From Acidimicrobiales bacterium (lineage in GTDB: Bacteria > Actinomycetota > Acidimicrobiia > Acidimicrobiales > JAUJNH01), in NCBI GenBank assembly GCA_038199465.1, contig JBBPYZ010000172.1:1-39631 (forward strand): a stretch of 39,631 nucleotides of DNA, given 5' to 3'. A model generated the notes under the pieces. It saw nothing but the letters and a program-made list of their open reading frames with translations. It was not told the DNA's origin and did no database searches. The translations under genes were made by a program, and so were the position numbers. Positions 25,527 to 34,978 of the stretch are shown here, in pieces. How positions within the stretch are numbered: position 1 is the first letter of the stretch; each line of letters begins with the position of its first letter.

Positions 25527-28187
25527 TCAGCTGGCGGCGGCCTCGGTGGTGACCACCGAGGAGGCGGCGACCACGCCACGGAACAGGGCGTCGGCCGCGG
25601 CCCGGCACGCCGCCGCGGTGGCCGGGACCGGGGCGGCCTCGCCCAGCTGGCGCAGCAGGTCGATCAGCTGCTTGACGTTGCGGACGAAGTCGCCGCCGGA
25701 CAGCTCGCGGTCTTCGAGGAGGCGCTCGAGGTCGCGTCCGGCGGCCCACTGGTGGGCGTAGCCCGAGAACCCGGCGTCGGGCAGGCGGGTGTGGGGCAGG
25801 CCGGCCTCGTCCTCGGCCTGCACCAGCTCGCGGGCGATGCCCTGCACCTGGTCCCACCGCTCCTTCAGCAGCCGGCTGGGCAGCCAGGGCGTGGGCTGGT
25901 CCTGGCCGCGAGCCTCGAAGGTGAAGCACGAGGCGAGGGCGGCGGCGCTCGGCGGGTCGAGGCCGTCGAACAGCCCGGAGTGGAGGCACTCGGCCACCAG
26001 TAGGTCGGCCTCGTGGTACAGCCGGCCCAGCCGTGCACCGTTCTCGGTCAGGGACCACCCCTCGACGTAGCCCCACGCCGTCAGCACCCGCAGGACCCGG
26101 TCGAACTGGCGGGCCAGGCTCTCGCTGCGGCCCTTCACCTTGCCCTGGAGGCGCTCGACCTCGCGGGCCAGCCGGTCGGCCCGGTCGGCGGCGCGCAGGT
26201 GGCGGCGCAGGTCGCCGCAGGTGGCCACCGGGTCGGCGGCGGCCTCCTCGGCCTGGCGCATGGCCTCGGCGCCCCGGCTGCGGCTGCGGCGGGTGGCGGC
26301 CGCTCCCACCGAGGCCCGCGAGGTGGGCACCACGTCCACCCCGGAGAGGGCGACGACGGCCCGGGCCCGGAACGCCTTGTCGTCCGGCAGGTAGGGCCGG
26401 GGCAGCTCGACCCGCCCGAGAAGCCGGGGTGGCCCCGGGAAGTCGCGGGTGGCCAGCAGCAGCTTGCGGCTCTCGGAGGTGAGGACGCCCAGCCGTACCT
26501 CGCCGCCCTTGCGGCGGGCTGAGGACACCACCACGGCCCGGGCCCCGCTGCCCGGCAGCACGACCACGTCGCCCGGCTTCACCTTCTCCAGGGCGTGCTG
26601 CACGGCCTGGCGGTCGCTCGGGCGGTGGCGGGTGGTCTCCTCGGCCGAGCGCACCAGGCTGCGGTAGTGCTCGAGGTCACCGAGGTGACAGGTGGCCTCG
26701 GCCCGAGCCTCGGCCAGGGACTCCTGGGCCCGGCCCAGCTGGGTCTCCAGGCGCACCACGTCGCTGTCGGCCCGGTACTGGGCGAACGAAAGGTTGAGAA
26801 GGTGGTGGGCCTGGTCGGGCGGGTAGCGCCGCACCAGGTTGCAGGCCATGTTGAAGGTGGGCCGGAAGCTGGACGACAGGGCGTAGGTGCGGGTGGAGGC
26901 CAGGCCGGCCACCTGGTCGAAGGGCACGAACGGCGACCACAGCACCACGGCGTAGCCGACCTCGTCGATCCCCCGGCGCCCGGCCCGGCCGGTGAGCTGG
27001 GTGTACTCGCCGGGCGTGAGGGGCTCGTGGCGCTCCCCCGTGAACTTGGTGAGCTTCTCGATCACCACCGACCGCGCCGGCATGTTGATCCCGAGTGACA
27101 GCGTCTCGGTGGCGAAGACCACCTTCACCAGTCCCCGCGCGAAGCAGTGCTCCACCGCCTCCTTGAAGGGGGGCACCATGCCGGCGTGGTGGGCGGCCAG
27201 GCCCTGCTCGAGCCCGCTCAGCCACTCGCCGTAGCGCAGAACCCGCAGGTCGGCGTCGCTCAGGTGCTCGACGTGGGCCTCGGCCAGGGCTCGGATCAGC
27301 GACCGCTCCTCGGGGGTGGTGAGGCGGACGCCCTCGCGCAGGCAAAAGGCCACGGCCTCGTCGCAGGCCTTGCGCGAGAAGATGAAGCAGATGGCCGGAA
27401 GCATGTCCTCCTCGCCCAGCCGGTCGACCACCTCGGCCCGCCGGGGGGTCACCAGCCGCCCCCGCCGGGTGGGCGGGCCGCGGTGGCGGGAGCCGGAGGC
27501 CAGTTGGGCCGAGTCGAGGGCGCTGGCCTCGGGGTTGGGCCGTCCCTCGACCAGGGTGGGGAGCAGCAGCGGCTGGCCGCCGGCCCGGTCGCCGATCATG
27601 TAGAGGTTGTGCAGCTCGACCGGGCGGCGCTCCTCGATCACCGCCTCGGTGGCGCCCCGCACGGTAGCCATCCAGTCGGCCACCTCCTCGGCGTTGGAGA
27701 CCGTGGCGCTGAGGGCCACCAGGGACACCGAGTGGGAGAGATGGATGATGACCTCCTCCCACACCGGCCCCCGGTAGGGGTTCTGCAGGTAGTGGACCTC
27801 GTCGAGGACCACGTAACGCAGGTCGATCAGGCTGGACGACCCGGCGTAGACCATGTTGCGCAGCACCTCGGTGGTCATCACAACCACCGGGGCCTCGCCG
27901 TTGATGGCGTTGTCCCCGGTCAGCAGGCCGACCCGGCCGTGGCCGTGGCGGCGCACCAGGTCGCCGTACTTCTGGTTCGAGAGCGCCTTCAGCGGCGTGG
28001 TGTAGAAGGCCTTCTGCCCGTTGGCCAGGGCCCGGGCGATGGCGTACTCAGCCACCACCGTCTTGCCCGACCCGGTGGGAGCGGCGACCAGCACCGAGCG
28101 GCCGGCGTCGAGAGCGTCCATGGCCCGCACCTGGAAGGGGTCGGGCTCAAAGCCCAGGGACGCGACGAAATCGTCCCGTACTTCCAT
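25527..28187 (-). CDS. helY: Ski2-like DEAD/DEAH-box helicase HelY
   Basis: 886 aa. Walker A AAPTGSGKT, DEVH box (VLDEVHYL) and SAT motif, plus a long C-terminal Ski2-type region. Conserved position after tatC. Confidence 0.95.
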   Translation of the reverse strand: MEVRDDFVASLGFEPDPFQVRAMDALDAGRSVLVAAPTGSGKTVVAEYAIARALANGQKAFYTTPLKALSNQKYGDLVRRHGHGRVGLLTGDNAINGEAPVVVMTTEVLRNMVYAGSSSLIDLRYVVLDEVHYLQNPYRGPVWEEVIIHLSHSVSLVALSATVSNAEEVADWMATVRGATEAVIEERRPVELHNLYMIGDRAGGQPLLLPTLVEGRPNPEASALDSAQLASGSRHRGPPTRRGRLVTPRRAEVVDRLGEEDMLPAICFIFSRKACDEAVAFCLREGVRLTTPEERSLIRALAEAHVEHLSDADLRVLRYGEWLSGLEQGLAAHHAGMVPPFKEAVEHCFARGLVKVVFATETLSLGINMPARSVVIEKLTKFTGERHEPLTPGEYTQLTGRAGRRGIDEVGYAVVLWSPFVPFDQVAGLASTRTYALSSSFRPTFNMACNLVRRYPPDQAHHLLNLSFAQYRADSDVVRLETQLGRAQESLAEARAEATCHLGDLEHYRSLVRSAEETTRHRPSDRQAVQHALEKVKPGDVVVLPGSGARAVVVSSARRKGGEVRLGVLTSESRKLLLATRDFPGPPRLLGRVELPRPYLPDDKAFRARAVVALSGVDVVPTSRASVGAAATRRSRSRGAEAMRQAEEAAADPVATCGDLRRHLRAADRADRLAREVERLQGKVKGRSESLARQFDRVLRVLTAWGYVEGWSLTENGARLGRLYHEADLLVAECLHSGLFDGLDPPSAAALASCFTFEARGQDQPTPWLPSRLLKERWDQVQGIARELVQAEDEAGLPHTRLPDAGFSGYAHQWAAGRDLERLLEDRELSGGDFVRNVKQLIDLLRQLGEAAPVPATAAACRAAADALFRGVVAASSVVTTEAAAS

Positions 28188-28239
28188 GTCGCAGAGTCTC
28201 CCACGCCGCCCGGGGAACCTCAGGCATGGGCAAGGTGAC

Positions 28240-29031
28240 TTACTTTCCGAGCAGCTTCCCGATGCCGATGGAGCCGAAGTAGAACAGGGTCATCGGCAGG
28301 GCCATGCCGAGCAGCGAGTACGGGTCCTGGCTCGGGGTGATCACCGCCGCCACCACGAAGATCCCGACGATCGACATGCGCCACCACCCGAGGAGCTTGC
28401 GGGGGGTGAGGACGTTGGCCACCTGGAGGAAGACCAGCACCACCGGGAACTCAAAGGCCACGCCGAAGGCCAGCATGATGAGGGTGTAGAGGCTGATGTA
28501 GCGGGCCGGTCCGAAGAGGGTCTCCACCTCGTCACCGCTGACCGAGATCAGGAACGACAGCGCCTGAGGGAAGGTGAGCACGGCGATGAGCGCCCCGAGG
28601 GCGAACAGCAGGACCGAGCTGACGATGAAGGGGATGGCGTACTTCTTCTCCTTCGGGTGCAGCCCTGGGGTGATGAACCGCCACACCTGCCACAGCACGA
28701 TCGGCAGGGCGAGGGCCAACCCGACGTAGGCGCTGACCTTGAACCTGGTGGTCACGCCCTCCAGGGGGTCGGTGATCACGAAGTTGCAGTTCCCGGCCAA
28801 GGAGTCGGGGGCCAGGCCCTTGGCCTGCTTGAGGTCGCAGTAGGGCGCCTGCAGGAAGGCGAGGATCCGGTTGTAGAGGAAGAAGCCGATGACGCCGCCG
28901 AGGGCGACGGCGATGGTCGAGATCATCACCCGGCGCCGCAGCTCGGCCAGGTGGTCGACCAGCGTCATGCGGATCAGCCCGTCCTCGCCCCGCTCGGGCT
29001 GGCGCCGCTTGCGCAGCATCTTGAGGGCCAT
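28240..29031 (-). CDS. tatC: Twin-arginine translocase subunit TatC
   Basis: 263 aa with six TM helices and the N-terminal MTLVDHLAELRRRV motif. Confidence 0.95.
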   Translation of the reverse strand: MALKMLRKRRQPERGEDGLIRMTLVDHLAELRRRVMISTIAVALGGVIGFFLYNRILAFLQAPYCDLKQAKGLAPDSLAGNCNFVITDPLEGVTTRFKVSAYVGLALALPIVLWQVWRFITPGLHPKEKKYAIPFIVSSVLLFALGALIAVLTFPQALSFLISVSGDEVETLFGPARYISLYTLIMLAFGVAFEFPVVLVFLQVANVLTPRKLLGWWRMSIVGIFVVAAVITPSQDPYSLLGMALPMTLFYFGSIGIGKLLGK

Positions 29032-29034
29032 CGG

Positions 29035-29445
29035 TTAGTTGAGGCTCGGGTCGGCCGGCGGCACAGCCTGTGAGGGGGCGGTCTGGTGGCCCGGGAGGGG
29101 CACGTCGGCGGCGAGCGGTGCCGCACCATCGGCCGGGGCCGGCTCGGAGGAGACCTCGGCCGCCGACGCCGTGGTGGAGGCGTCCGCGTCGACCGTGGCC
29201 CCCGCCTCGGCGGTGGTGAAGGTGCTGGTGAAGGCGTCGGTGGCCCCCGTGAACGTCTCGTTCGCCGGCCGCATCACCTCGTCAACCACCCCCTGCATCT
29301 CGGACTGGAGGGAACCGGTGAGGCGGCGCAGCTCGCCCACCCACCGCCCCAGTGTGCGGGCCGCCTGGGGGAGGCGGTCCGGGCCGAGGACCAGCAGGGC
29401 CAGCACCAGGATGACCAGGACCTCCGGCGCGCCGATGCTGCCCAC
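29035..29445 (-). CDS. tatA: Twin-arginine translocase TatA/TatB-family subunit
   Basis: GTG start. The N-terminal TM plus hinge, VLVILVLALLVLGPDRLPQAARTLG, is followed by an amphipathic helix and an acidic/Ala-rich tail (136 aa). Confidence 0.85.
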   Translation of the reverse strand: MGSIGAPEVLVILVLALLVLGPDRLPQAARTLGRWVGELRRLTGSLQSEMQGVVDEVMRPANETFTGATDAFTSTFTTAEAGATVDADASTTASAAEVSSEPAPADGAAPLAADVPLPGHQTAPSQAVPPADPSLN

Positions 29446-29527
29446 GAGATCGGAGGGTACCTGCCGGCCCGACCTACAGCCGGGTACGGGCCGGCTCCCG
29501 GGCCCTGTGGGTGGACCTCCCGGCAGC

Positions 29528-29851
29528 TCAGCGGACGTTCAGGACCTGAGCGAACCAGTCGGGCTGCTCGAGCAGGTCGTGGAGGTCGAGGAGGTCGTCC
29601 CAGCTGAACGCCGCACCCCGCTTGGGCTCGTGCAGCTCGGCCGGCAGGCGCCACAGGCGCAGACGCACCCCCGAGGAGACGAGGAGGTCGACGATGTGCG
29701 GCTCGGCCTGCTTCGACACTGCCAGCCGGCAGCTCGGGCACCGGAAGCTGTAGCTGCCCTGGTTGGTGTCGCAGCACACCTGCACGCAGAGGTCACGGGT
29801 GGTCAGCGCCACGTCTGCGCAGGTGGGGCAGGTCGCTCGGATGGTGGCCAC
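29528..29851 (-). CDS. Small CxxC…CxxC zinc-ribbon protein (hypothetical)
   Basis: GTG at 29851 is preceded by a GAAGAGGGG RBS. VATIRATCPTCADV…FRCPSCRLAV. The listed ORF 29528..30025 extends further upstream without support. Confidence 0.55.
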   Translation of the reverse strand: MATIRATCPTCADVALTTRDLCVQVCCDTNQGSYSFRCPSCRLAVSKQAEPHIVDLLVSSGVRLRLWRLPAELHEPKRGAAFSWDDLLDLHDLLEQPDWFAQVLNVR

Positions 29852-29916
29852 TGCATCCCCTCTTCGGCAGTCGACCCGGTCCGGTTGAGGTCGCCGGGGA
29901 GAGTGAACCGGACACC

Positions 29917-30717
29917 GTGCCTGACGCACATAGGTCAAACGACCCCATTGCAAACCGGGGGCCGGTCTCGCGACGGTGCGCCGGGTCTGCCAGCATCGGG
30001 CTCGTGGCCGAGGCCCTGCGCTCACCGCCGTTGCTGTTCGCCCACCGAGGAGCGAGCGCCGAGGCCCCCGAGAACACCCTCGACGCGTTCCGCCTGGCCG
30101 TGCAGCTCGGGGCCACCGGGCTGGAGACCGACGTCTGGCTCTCGGCCGACGCCGTGGCTGTGCTCGATCACGACGGCACCATCCGCTCCGGCCTGCGCCG
30201 CAGGCCGATCGCCCAGCTGCGGGCCGCCGACCTGCCCCCCACCGTCCCCACCCTGGCCCAGCTCTACGAAGCCGTGGGCTGTGACCTGGACCTGAGCGTT
30301 GACGTGAAGGAACCGGCGGCTGCCCCCGCCGTGATCGCCGCGGCTCGCCGGGCCGGCGGTGAGGAGGCCGTGGGCCGGCTGTGGCTTTGCTCTCCCGACT
30401 GGCGCGTCGTCGCCTCCTGGCGCCAGCTGTCGCCGGCGGTCCGCCTGGTCGACTCGACCCGGCTGCGCAAGGTCCGGGAGGGGGTCGAGAAGCGGGCCTC
30501 CCTCCTGGCCGCCGCCGGGATCGACGCCCTCAACATGCACCACAGCGACTGGTCACCGGGCCTCACCACCCTGGTCCACCGCTTCGGTCTGCACGCCTTT
30601 GCCTGGGACTGCCAGTTCGACCGGGTGGTGGCCAAGATGCTGGTGGTCGGCATCGACGGCCTCTACAGCGACCACGTCGAGGAGATGGCGGCGGCGGTGG
30701 CCGCCTGGACCCGCTGA
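29917..30717 (+). CDS. Glycerophosphodiester phosphodiesterase (GDPD family)
   Basis: LLFAHRGASAEAPENTLDAFRLAVQLGATGLETDVWL is the GDPD N-terminal signature. The start is ambiguous: GTG at 29917 or in-frame GTG at 30004. Confidence 0.85.
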   Translation: MPDAHRSNDPIANRGPVSRRCAGSASIGLVAEALRSPPLLFAHRGASAEAPENTLDAFRLAVQLGATGLETDVWLSADAVAVLDHDGTIRSGLRRRPIAQLRAADLPPTVPTLAQLYEAVGCDLDLSVDVKEPAAAPAVIAAARRAGGEEAVGRLWLCSPDWRVVASWRQLSPAVRLVDSTRLRKVREGVEKRASLLAAAGIDALNMHHSDWSPGLTTLVHRFGLHAFAWDCQFDRVVAKMLVVGIDGLYSDHVEEMAAAVAAWTR

Positions 30718-30718
30718 C

Positions 30719-30736
30719 GGCGGCCATCAGGCCGCC
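30719..30736 (+). terminator. Hairpin GGCGGCC-ATCA-GGCCGCC right after the GDPD stop
   Basis: 7-bp GC stem that begins 2 nt after TGA (30715-30717). No T tract. Confidence 0.4.
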
Positions 30737-30750
30737 CGCCCTGCCGCGGC

Positions 30751-30780
30751 GGGCTGAGCCGCGACGGGCTGAGCCGCGAC
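30751..30780. repeat. Perfect tandem 2 x 15 bp GGGCTGAGCCGCGAC
   Basis: Read directly in the convergent intergenic gap 30718-30904. Confidence 0.9.
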
Positions 30781-30904
30781 AGTGCCCGCATTTCAGCGAA
30801 CACAGAGCGGGCGCCGGCTGCATCATCCCGGCGTGCCCGGCGAGGCTGGACACGGTGGTCGGGTGAGTCGCCGCTGAGCCTTCCGGGCTGGTGCAGACGG
30901 GTGG

Positions 30905-33900
30905 TCAGCTTTCGCAGGTGAAGCGCCGCTCGGCGGTGCAGATGTCCTGGCCGGCGGCGCCGGTGGTGGTGTCGGTGCCGGCGCTGCCGTTGAGGATGTC
31001 GTCGCCGGCGCCGCCGTAGATGGTGTCGTTGCCGGAGTTGCCTTCGATGATGTCGTTGCCGGCCCCGCCGAAGATGGTGTCGTTGCCGGCCCCGCCGTTG
31101 ATGATGTCGCTCCCGTCCAGGCCGAAGATGATGTCGCTCCCGCCCTTGCCATCGATGGTGTCGCTGAACCTGGAGCCGCAGATCACGTCGTTCCCCTGGG
31201 TGCCGTTGATCGTGTCAGGGGTCTTGGTGGCGGACTGGAATTCGATGGTGCAGGTAGGGGTGGTGACGGTGAAGCTGGACGTGTTGTCCGCCGCCTCCGG
31301 GTCAACCTGGTCCGAGGATACCTTGGCAGTGTCAGTGAGGGCCGTCTGGGGTCCGACGTCGGCGCCGACCCTGGCCACGACGGTGATGACCTTGGTAGAG
31401 CCGACGGGCAGGGCCGCACGGTGCAGGACACCTGGGGGCTGTTGGCACTGGCGGCGCAGGTGAACCCGCCGCCGCCGGGGGTGCCCACCACGGTCAGCCC
31501 GACCGGCAGGGCATCGGTGACGACCACGCTCGTGGCAGGGGGAGGGACCGGCGTTGGTCACCGTCAGGGTGCATGTCACCTGAGCGCCCGGCACCACCGT
31601 GGTCGGGCTGCACGACTTCGCCACCGCGACGTCAGTGAGCGGCGTGATGGCGATGGCTGCTATTGCGGAGGTCAGTACGCTCCTGACCTCGCCGTCGAGG
31701 CCGGGGAGGTTTCCGCCCTGAAGCTCGGCCAGGACTTCGTCACTGCGCTCGCGCACCGACGGATCCTGAGGATCGACTACTTGCACCGTGCCGGTGGACG
31801 TCGCTAGCTCTAGGCCCGCACCGTTGAGCGCGGTTACGACTACGTCGTGGCTGCCGACAGACAACCCGTCGGTGGGCACCCGGACGCGTTGCGTCGCGCC
31901 ACCCGCAAGCCCGTCGACCTCGGTGGGCCTGTTGATGGAGGTGCTCCCACCGGTGACCTGGACGCGCACGACGTAGTCGGCGGCGGCAGCGCCGATGTTC
32001 GTCAGGTCGGCCATCACGGACTGGCCCGGCACGCCAAAGACGACAGTCTCCTGGCCCACGAAGCGCACCGTCGCGTCACCGTCGGCAGCGAAGCCGGCCT
32101 CTCGGAAGTCGTCGGCCGTCGGCTCGTCGGCCTCGGTGGCCGTCGCCGGCGGGTCCTGGTCGTGCGGGTCGCTCGCCCCGAAGGCCCCGACTGCGCCTCC
32201 GTCGAACCTGATCAGGTCGTAGTCGTCGGCGCCGCCGAGGACCGTCGTCCCGTTCTCGAAGGTGGCGCACCCGCCGCCGCCGCAGTCGTTGATGTCGGCC
32301 GCCACGGTGCCCGCGTCGATCCTCCCATTGCAGTCCCAGTCGATGTTGCCGCCATCAGCGACTTCGCGCTGGGAGTGGTCGGGGCAGTAGTAGCTGACCC
32401 CGACCGTTCGGCGTGTCCAACCCGGCCGACTCCGACAGCGCCGCCTCGTTGAGGTTCGGGAGGGCGGCTTGGGAGTAGTCGATCCCGGTGGGCTCGACGT
32501 TGCCCTCCAACTGCCAGGTGTAGTTCATGATGCTCTCGTAGTTGGGCTTCCATCGCTGATCGACGCCAGGGTCAGCGCCTCCGTGGTGCAGATTCAGCGT
32601 GTGGCCAAGCTCGTGGATGAACGTGCCGGCCTCCTGCCGCCGACTGAAACCCGCGCCCCAGCTCTCGCGCCCGTCGGTGACGAGGAAGGCGTCGCCGGGG
32701 ATCCCGCGAGCGATGCCCGAGCTCCCGCTGCCCCCGTAGGTGTCTGCGTAGAGGGCGTAGTGGAAGATGTCGCGCCGGGCCGCCTCGAAGTTAGCCGCCT
32801 GGAGATCGTTGAACTCGCCCCACTCGTAGTCACCGCTGGAGTCGAACGAGCCCAGGTTCGTGTCGTAGGCCACGGCGTTGGCCCGGCTGCGGCTGCCCCA
32901 CGTGCCGGAGCTCCCGGGGCCCATCAGCGAAGTCGGTCCAGCGTCGATGTGCGCCCGGATACCGGTAGTCCCGTCGGGGTTGGTCACCGGGGAGCCTTGG
33001 AAGGAGTCCCGGACATCGCCGAGCGCGGCCTGGTTGGCGGCGAACGACTCGCCGCCCCAGCACAGGAACCAGACGCAGCTCTGAGACCGCTGCATCCAGT
33101 CGACCTCGAGGAACAGGTCCTTGTGGTTGGGGGTGGCTCCCATCGCCGGCAGGTCGACGTCGATGACGCCGTCGCCGTTGGCGTCGTAGCCGTTCGTCTC
33201 CCAGTCGTCGAGGAGCCCGTCGCCATCGCGTCGAGGAGCTGCGACCCGGCGGCGAACGCGACCGCCGACGACACCGTTCGGGTGGCACCGGCTGGGATCG
33301 AGACGGACCAGCTCAGCCCTGCCCCGTTGTCGATGCTCTCGGCGCACCGGCACGTATTGGGGAAAGGAGTCTGCGTGCCGATGTGGGCCCAAACAGAGGC
33401 GTAGCTGTCCTCCATATAGCGGCTGCCACCAGTAATCGGGTTCCACTGCTCGACGCGCCCGCTCGACGAGGTGCAAGCCACGCTCGCCTCAGTGACGAGG
33501 CCCGTACCGAAGTCCGAGTTACCGAGGTAACAGTCACCCGCACGGTAGACGATGGCGTCGACCGGGCTGCCGCCGGCGTTCGTGATGTCGACCCTGGTGA
33601 TGAAGCTCTCTTGGCCGACCACGTAGGTGTCGATCTGCGTGAGACGCAGCCCGCTACCACCGAGCTCGACGACCGTGACGATCCGGTGCGGGTCGGCGGC
33701 CGTGCCCGCCCCGGTCGGCCCATTCTGGCTAACAGCCGTGTAAGGCGTGCGGGGCGCGGCGGAGCCACCAGCGGGGATTGTTGGGGCCGAACAGCGTTCC
33801 GCCCGCCGCAACGAGCGTGCCGCACGCTGTGCCGCCGTAAAACTCAGGATCGGTGTCGTCGACGTGGTTGACTGCACAGTTGAGATCGGACGTCGTCTGG

Positions 33901-34058
33901 ATGCGGGCGAGCGGCCCAGCCGACACGATGATCCCGTCGTTAGCGGCCGCCACCGCGCCATCCGCCTCCGTCAGCGAGGTCAACCAAACGCCCTGCGCCA
34001 CCACGAGCGCCAGGCACAGCGTGCCAAGCCACCGCCGTCTGCAACTGCCGACCGCCAT
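30905..34058 (-). pseudogene. Disrupted gene for a secreted protein of about 1050 aa (unknown N-domain, TSP3-like Asp repeats, HExxH zincin, DUF11 repeat domain, RTX-type Ca-binding repeats)
   Basis: One coherent protein can be read only by hopping across frames 2-1-2-1-0-1 (listed ORFs 33729..34115, 32984..33961, 32355..33476, 30905..32305 and 31183..31527). The junctions lie near 33770-33790, 33222-33235, 32398-32401, 31538-31542 and 31409-31420, mostly in G/C runs. Signal peptide MAVGSCRRRWLGTLCLALVVAQG; HELGHTLNLHHGG at about 32580-32615; GGAGNDTI-type nonapeptides at the C-terminus. Confidence 0.75.
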
Positions 34059-34175
34059 CAGATCCGCCCGTCCTCGAAGTCGGGGGTCGCTAACATCGGA
34101 CTGCTCCAGCGTCAACGGCGAGCGAGCCGCCTGTGCGACACTGCGACTGATACGACTACAGCACTATGGAGTCGA

Positions 34176-34709
34176 ATGGCCGAGCGACACCCGACCCACC
34201 GCAAGCGGCTCAGAAACTCGGCGAGCCATTTCGGTGTGCTCGCGCTCCTGCTCACAGCCTGCAGCGCGGGATCCAACAGCCCGCATCCCGCCGGGTCGAC
34301 GCCAGGCGATGCCACAACGGCGAGCGGCTCGAACGTCGACGCCGTGGCCGAGCTCCTCCACGTCACGACGACTGGCGGCCGGTGCCCGCAAGGTGTCTGC
34401 AGCGTCACCGTCGACGTCTCAAGAGGCGGGGCGTGGGTGCGGCAAGAGAACGTCAAGAGGACGACCGGCACGCTCTCAAAAGCGGAGGCCGACCAGTTCG
34501 CCGCGATGATCGACGCTGAGATCTCAACGCTTGAAACGCTGCCCAGCAAGCCAACGCGGTCCTGCCCGTCAGCGAGCGACGGCCAGGATCGGATCTACCG
34601 CTTCACGAGCAGGGCGAAGCGGGCGGAGGTATCGAACTGCGACGTCAACCTGGCCGGCGGGAACGCCCTGCTAGAGCGCACCGACCAGCTGATCAAGGGG
34701 TTGCGCTGA
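34176..34709 (+). CDS. Putative lipoprotein (hypothetical)
   Basis: ATG at 34176. Lipobox-like LALLLTAC-S. Lower-GC stretch (about 60% in a hand-counted line). No known domain. Confidence 0.65.
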   Translation: MAERHPTHRKRLRNSASHFGVLALLLTACSAGSNSPHPAGSTPGDATTASGSNVDAVAELLHVTTTGGRCPQGVCSVTVDVSRGGAWVRQENVKRTTGTLSKAEADQFAAMIDAEISTLETLPSKPTRSCPSASDGQDRIYRFTSRAKRAEVSNCDVNLAGGNALLERTDQLIKGLR

Positions 34710-34978
34710 GCCTAACGCCTGCGGGTCGGCGGGCTCAGGCACCTGACGTGCCATCAGCGGGTCCTCGTTGGCTCTGAACCCTTCGCCCCGATCGTCACCG
34801 CGTGGTCGCCGATCACAGGCCAACCTGGGCTGCGGCGTTGCCCAGGGACGCAACGGGCGCTCAGCCGGGTCGGCTCGGAGGCGGGTGGAACTATGAACCG
34901 GCGGGCGTCGCCAACGCGCTCGAGGTACACCTTGGCGTGCAACCGGGGGTGCGGCGAACCTTCCTCGTATCAGGTTGC

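Noticed and set aside
30751-30780. Tandem 15-bp duplication considered as a possible mini-array or CRISPR-like repeat
   Set aside because: There are only two directly adjacent copies with no spacers, inside a convergent terminator region. It is a simple duplication.
30905-34058. Programmed ribosomal frameshifting as an explanation for the frame hops
   Set aside because: There are five separate events in both directions, no slippery heptamer or downstream pseudoknot pattern recognisable at the junctions, and the junctions lie mostly in plain G/C runs. Indels (real or artefactual) are the simpler explanation.
34754-34942. Short minus-strand ORF with LHAKVYLERVGD, reminiscent of a PLD/HKD nuclease motif, in the 269-nt convergent gap
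   Set aside because: The motif is imperfect: there is no Asp at the HxK(x)4D position and no downstream GSxN. The ORF is 62 codons with a TTG start, and no flanking homologous sequence is visible. At best it is an eroded gene fragment and cannot be supported.
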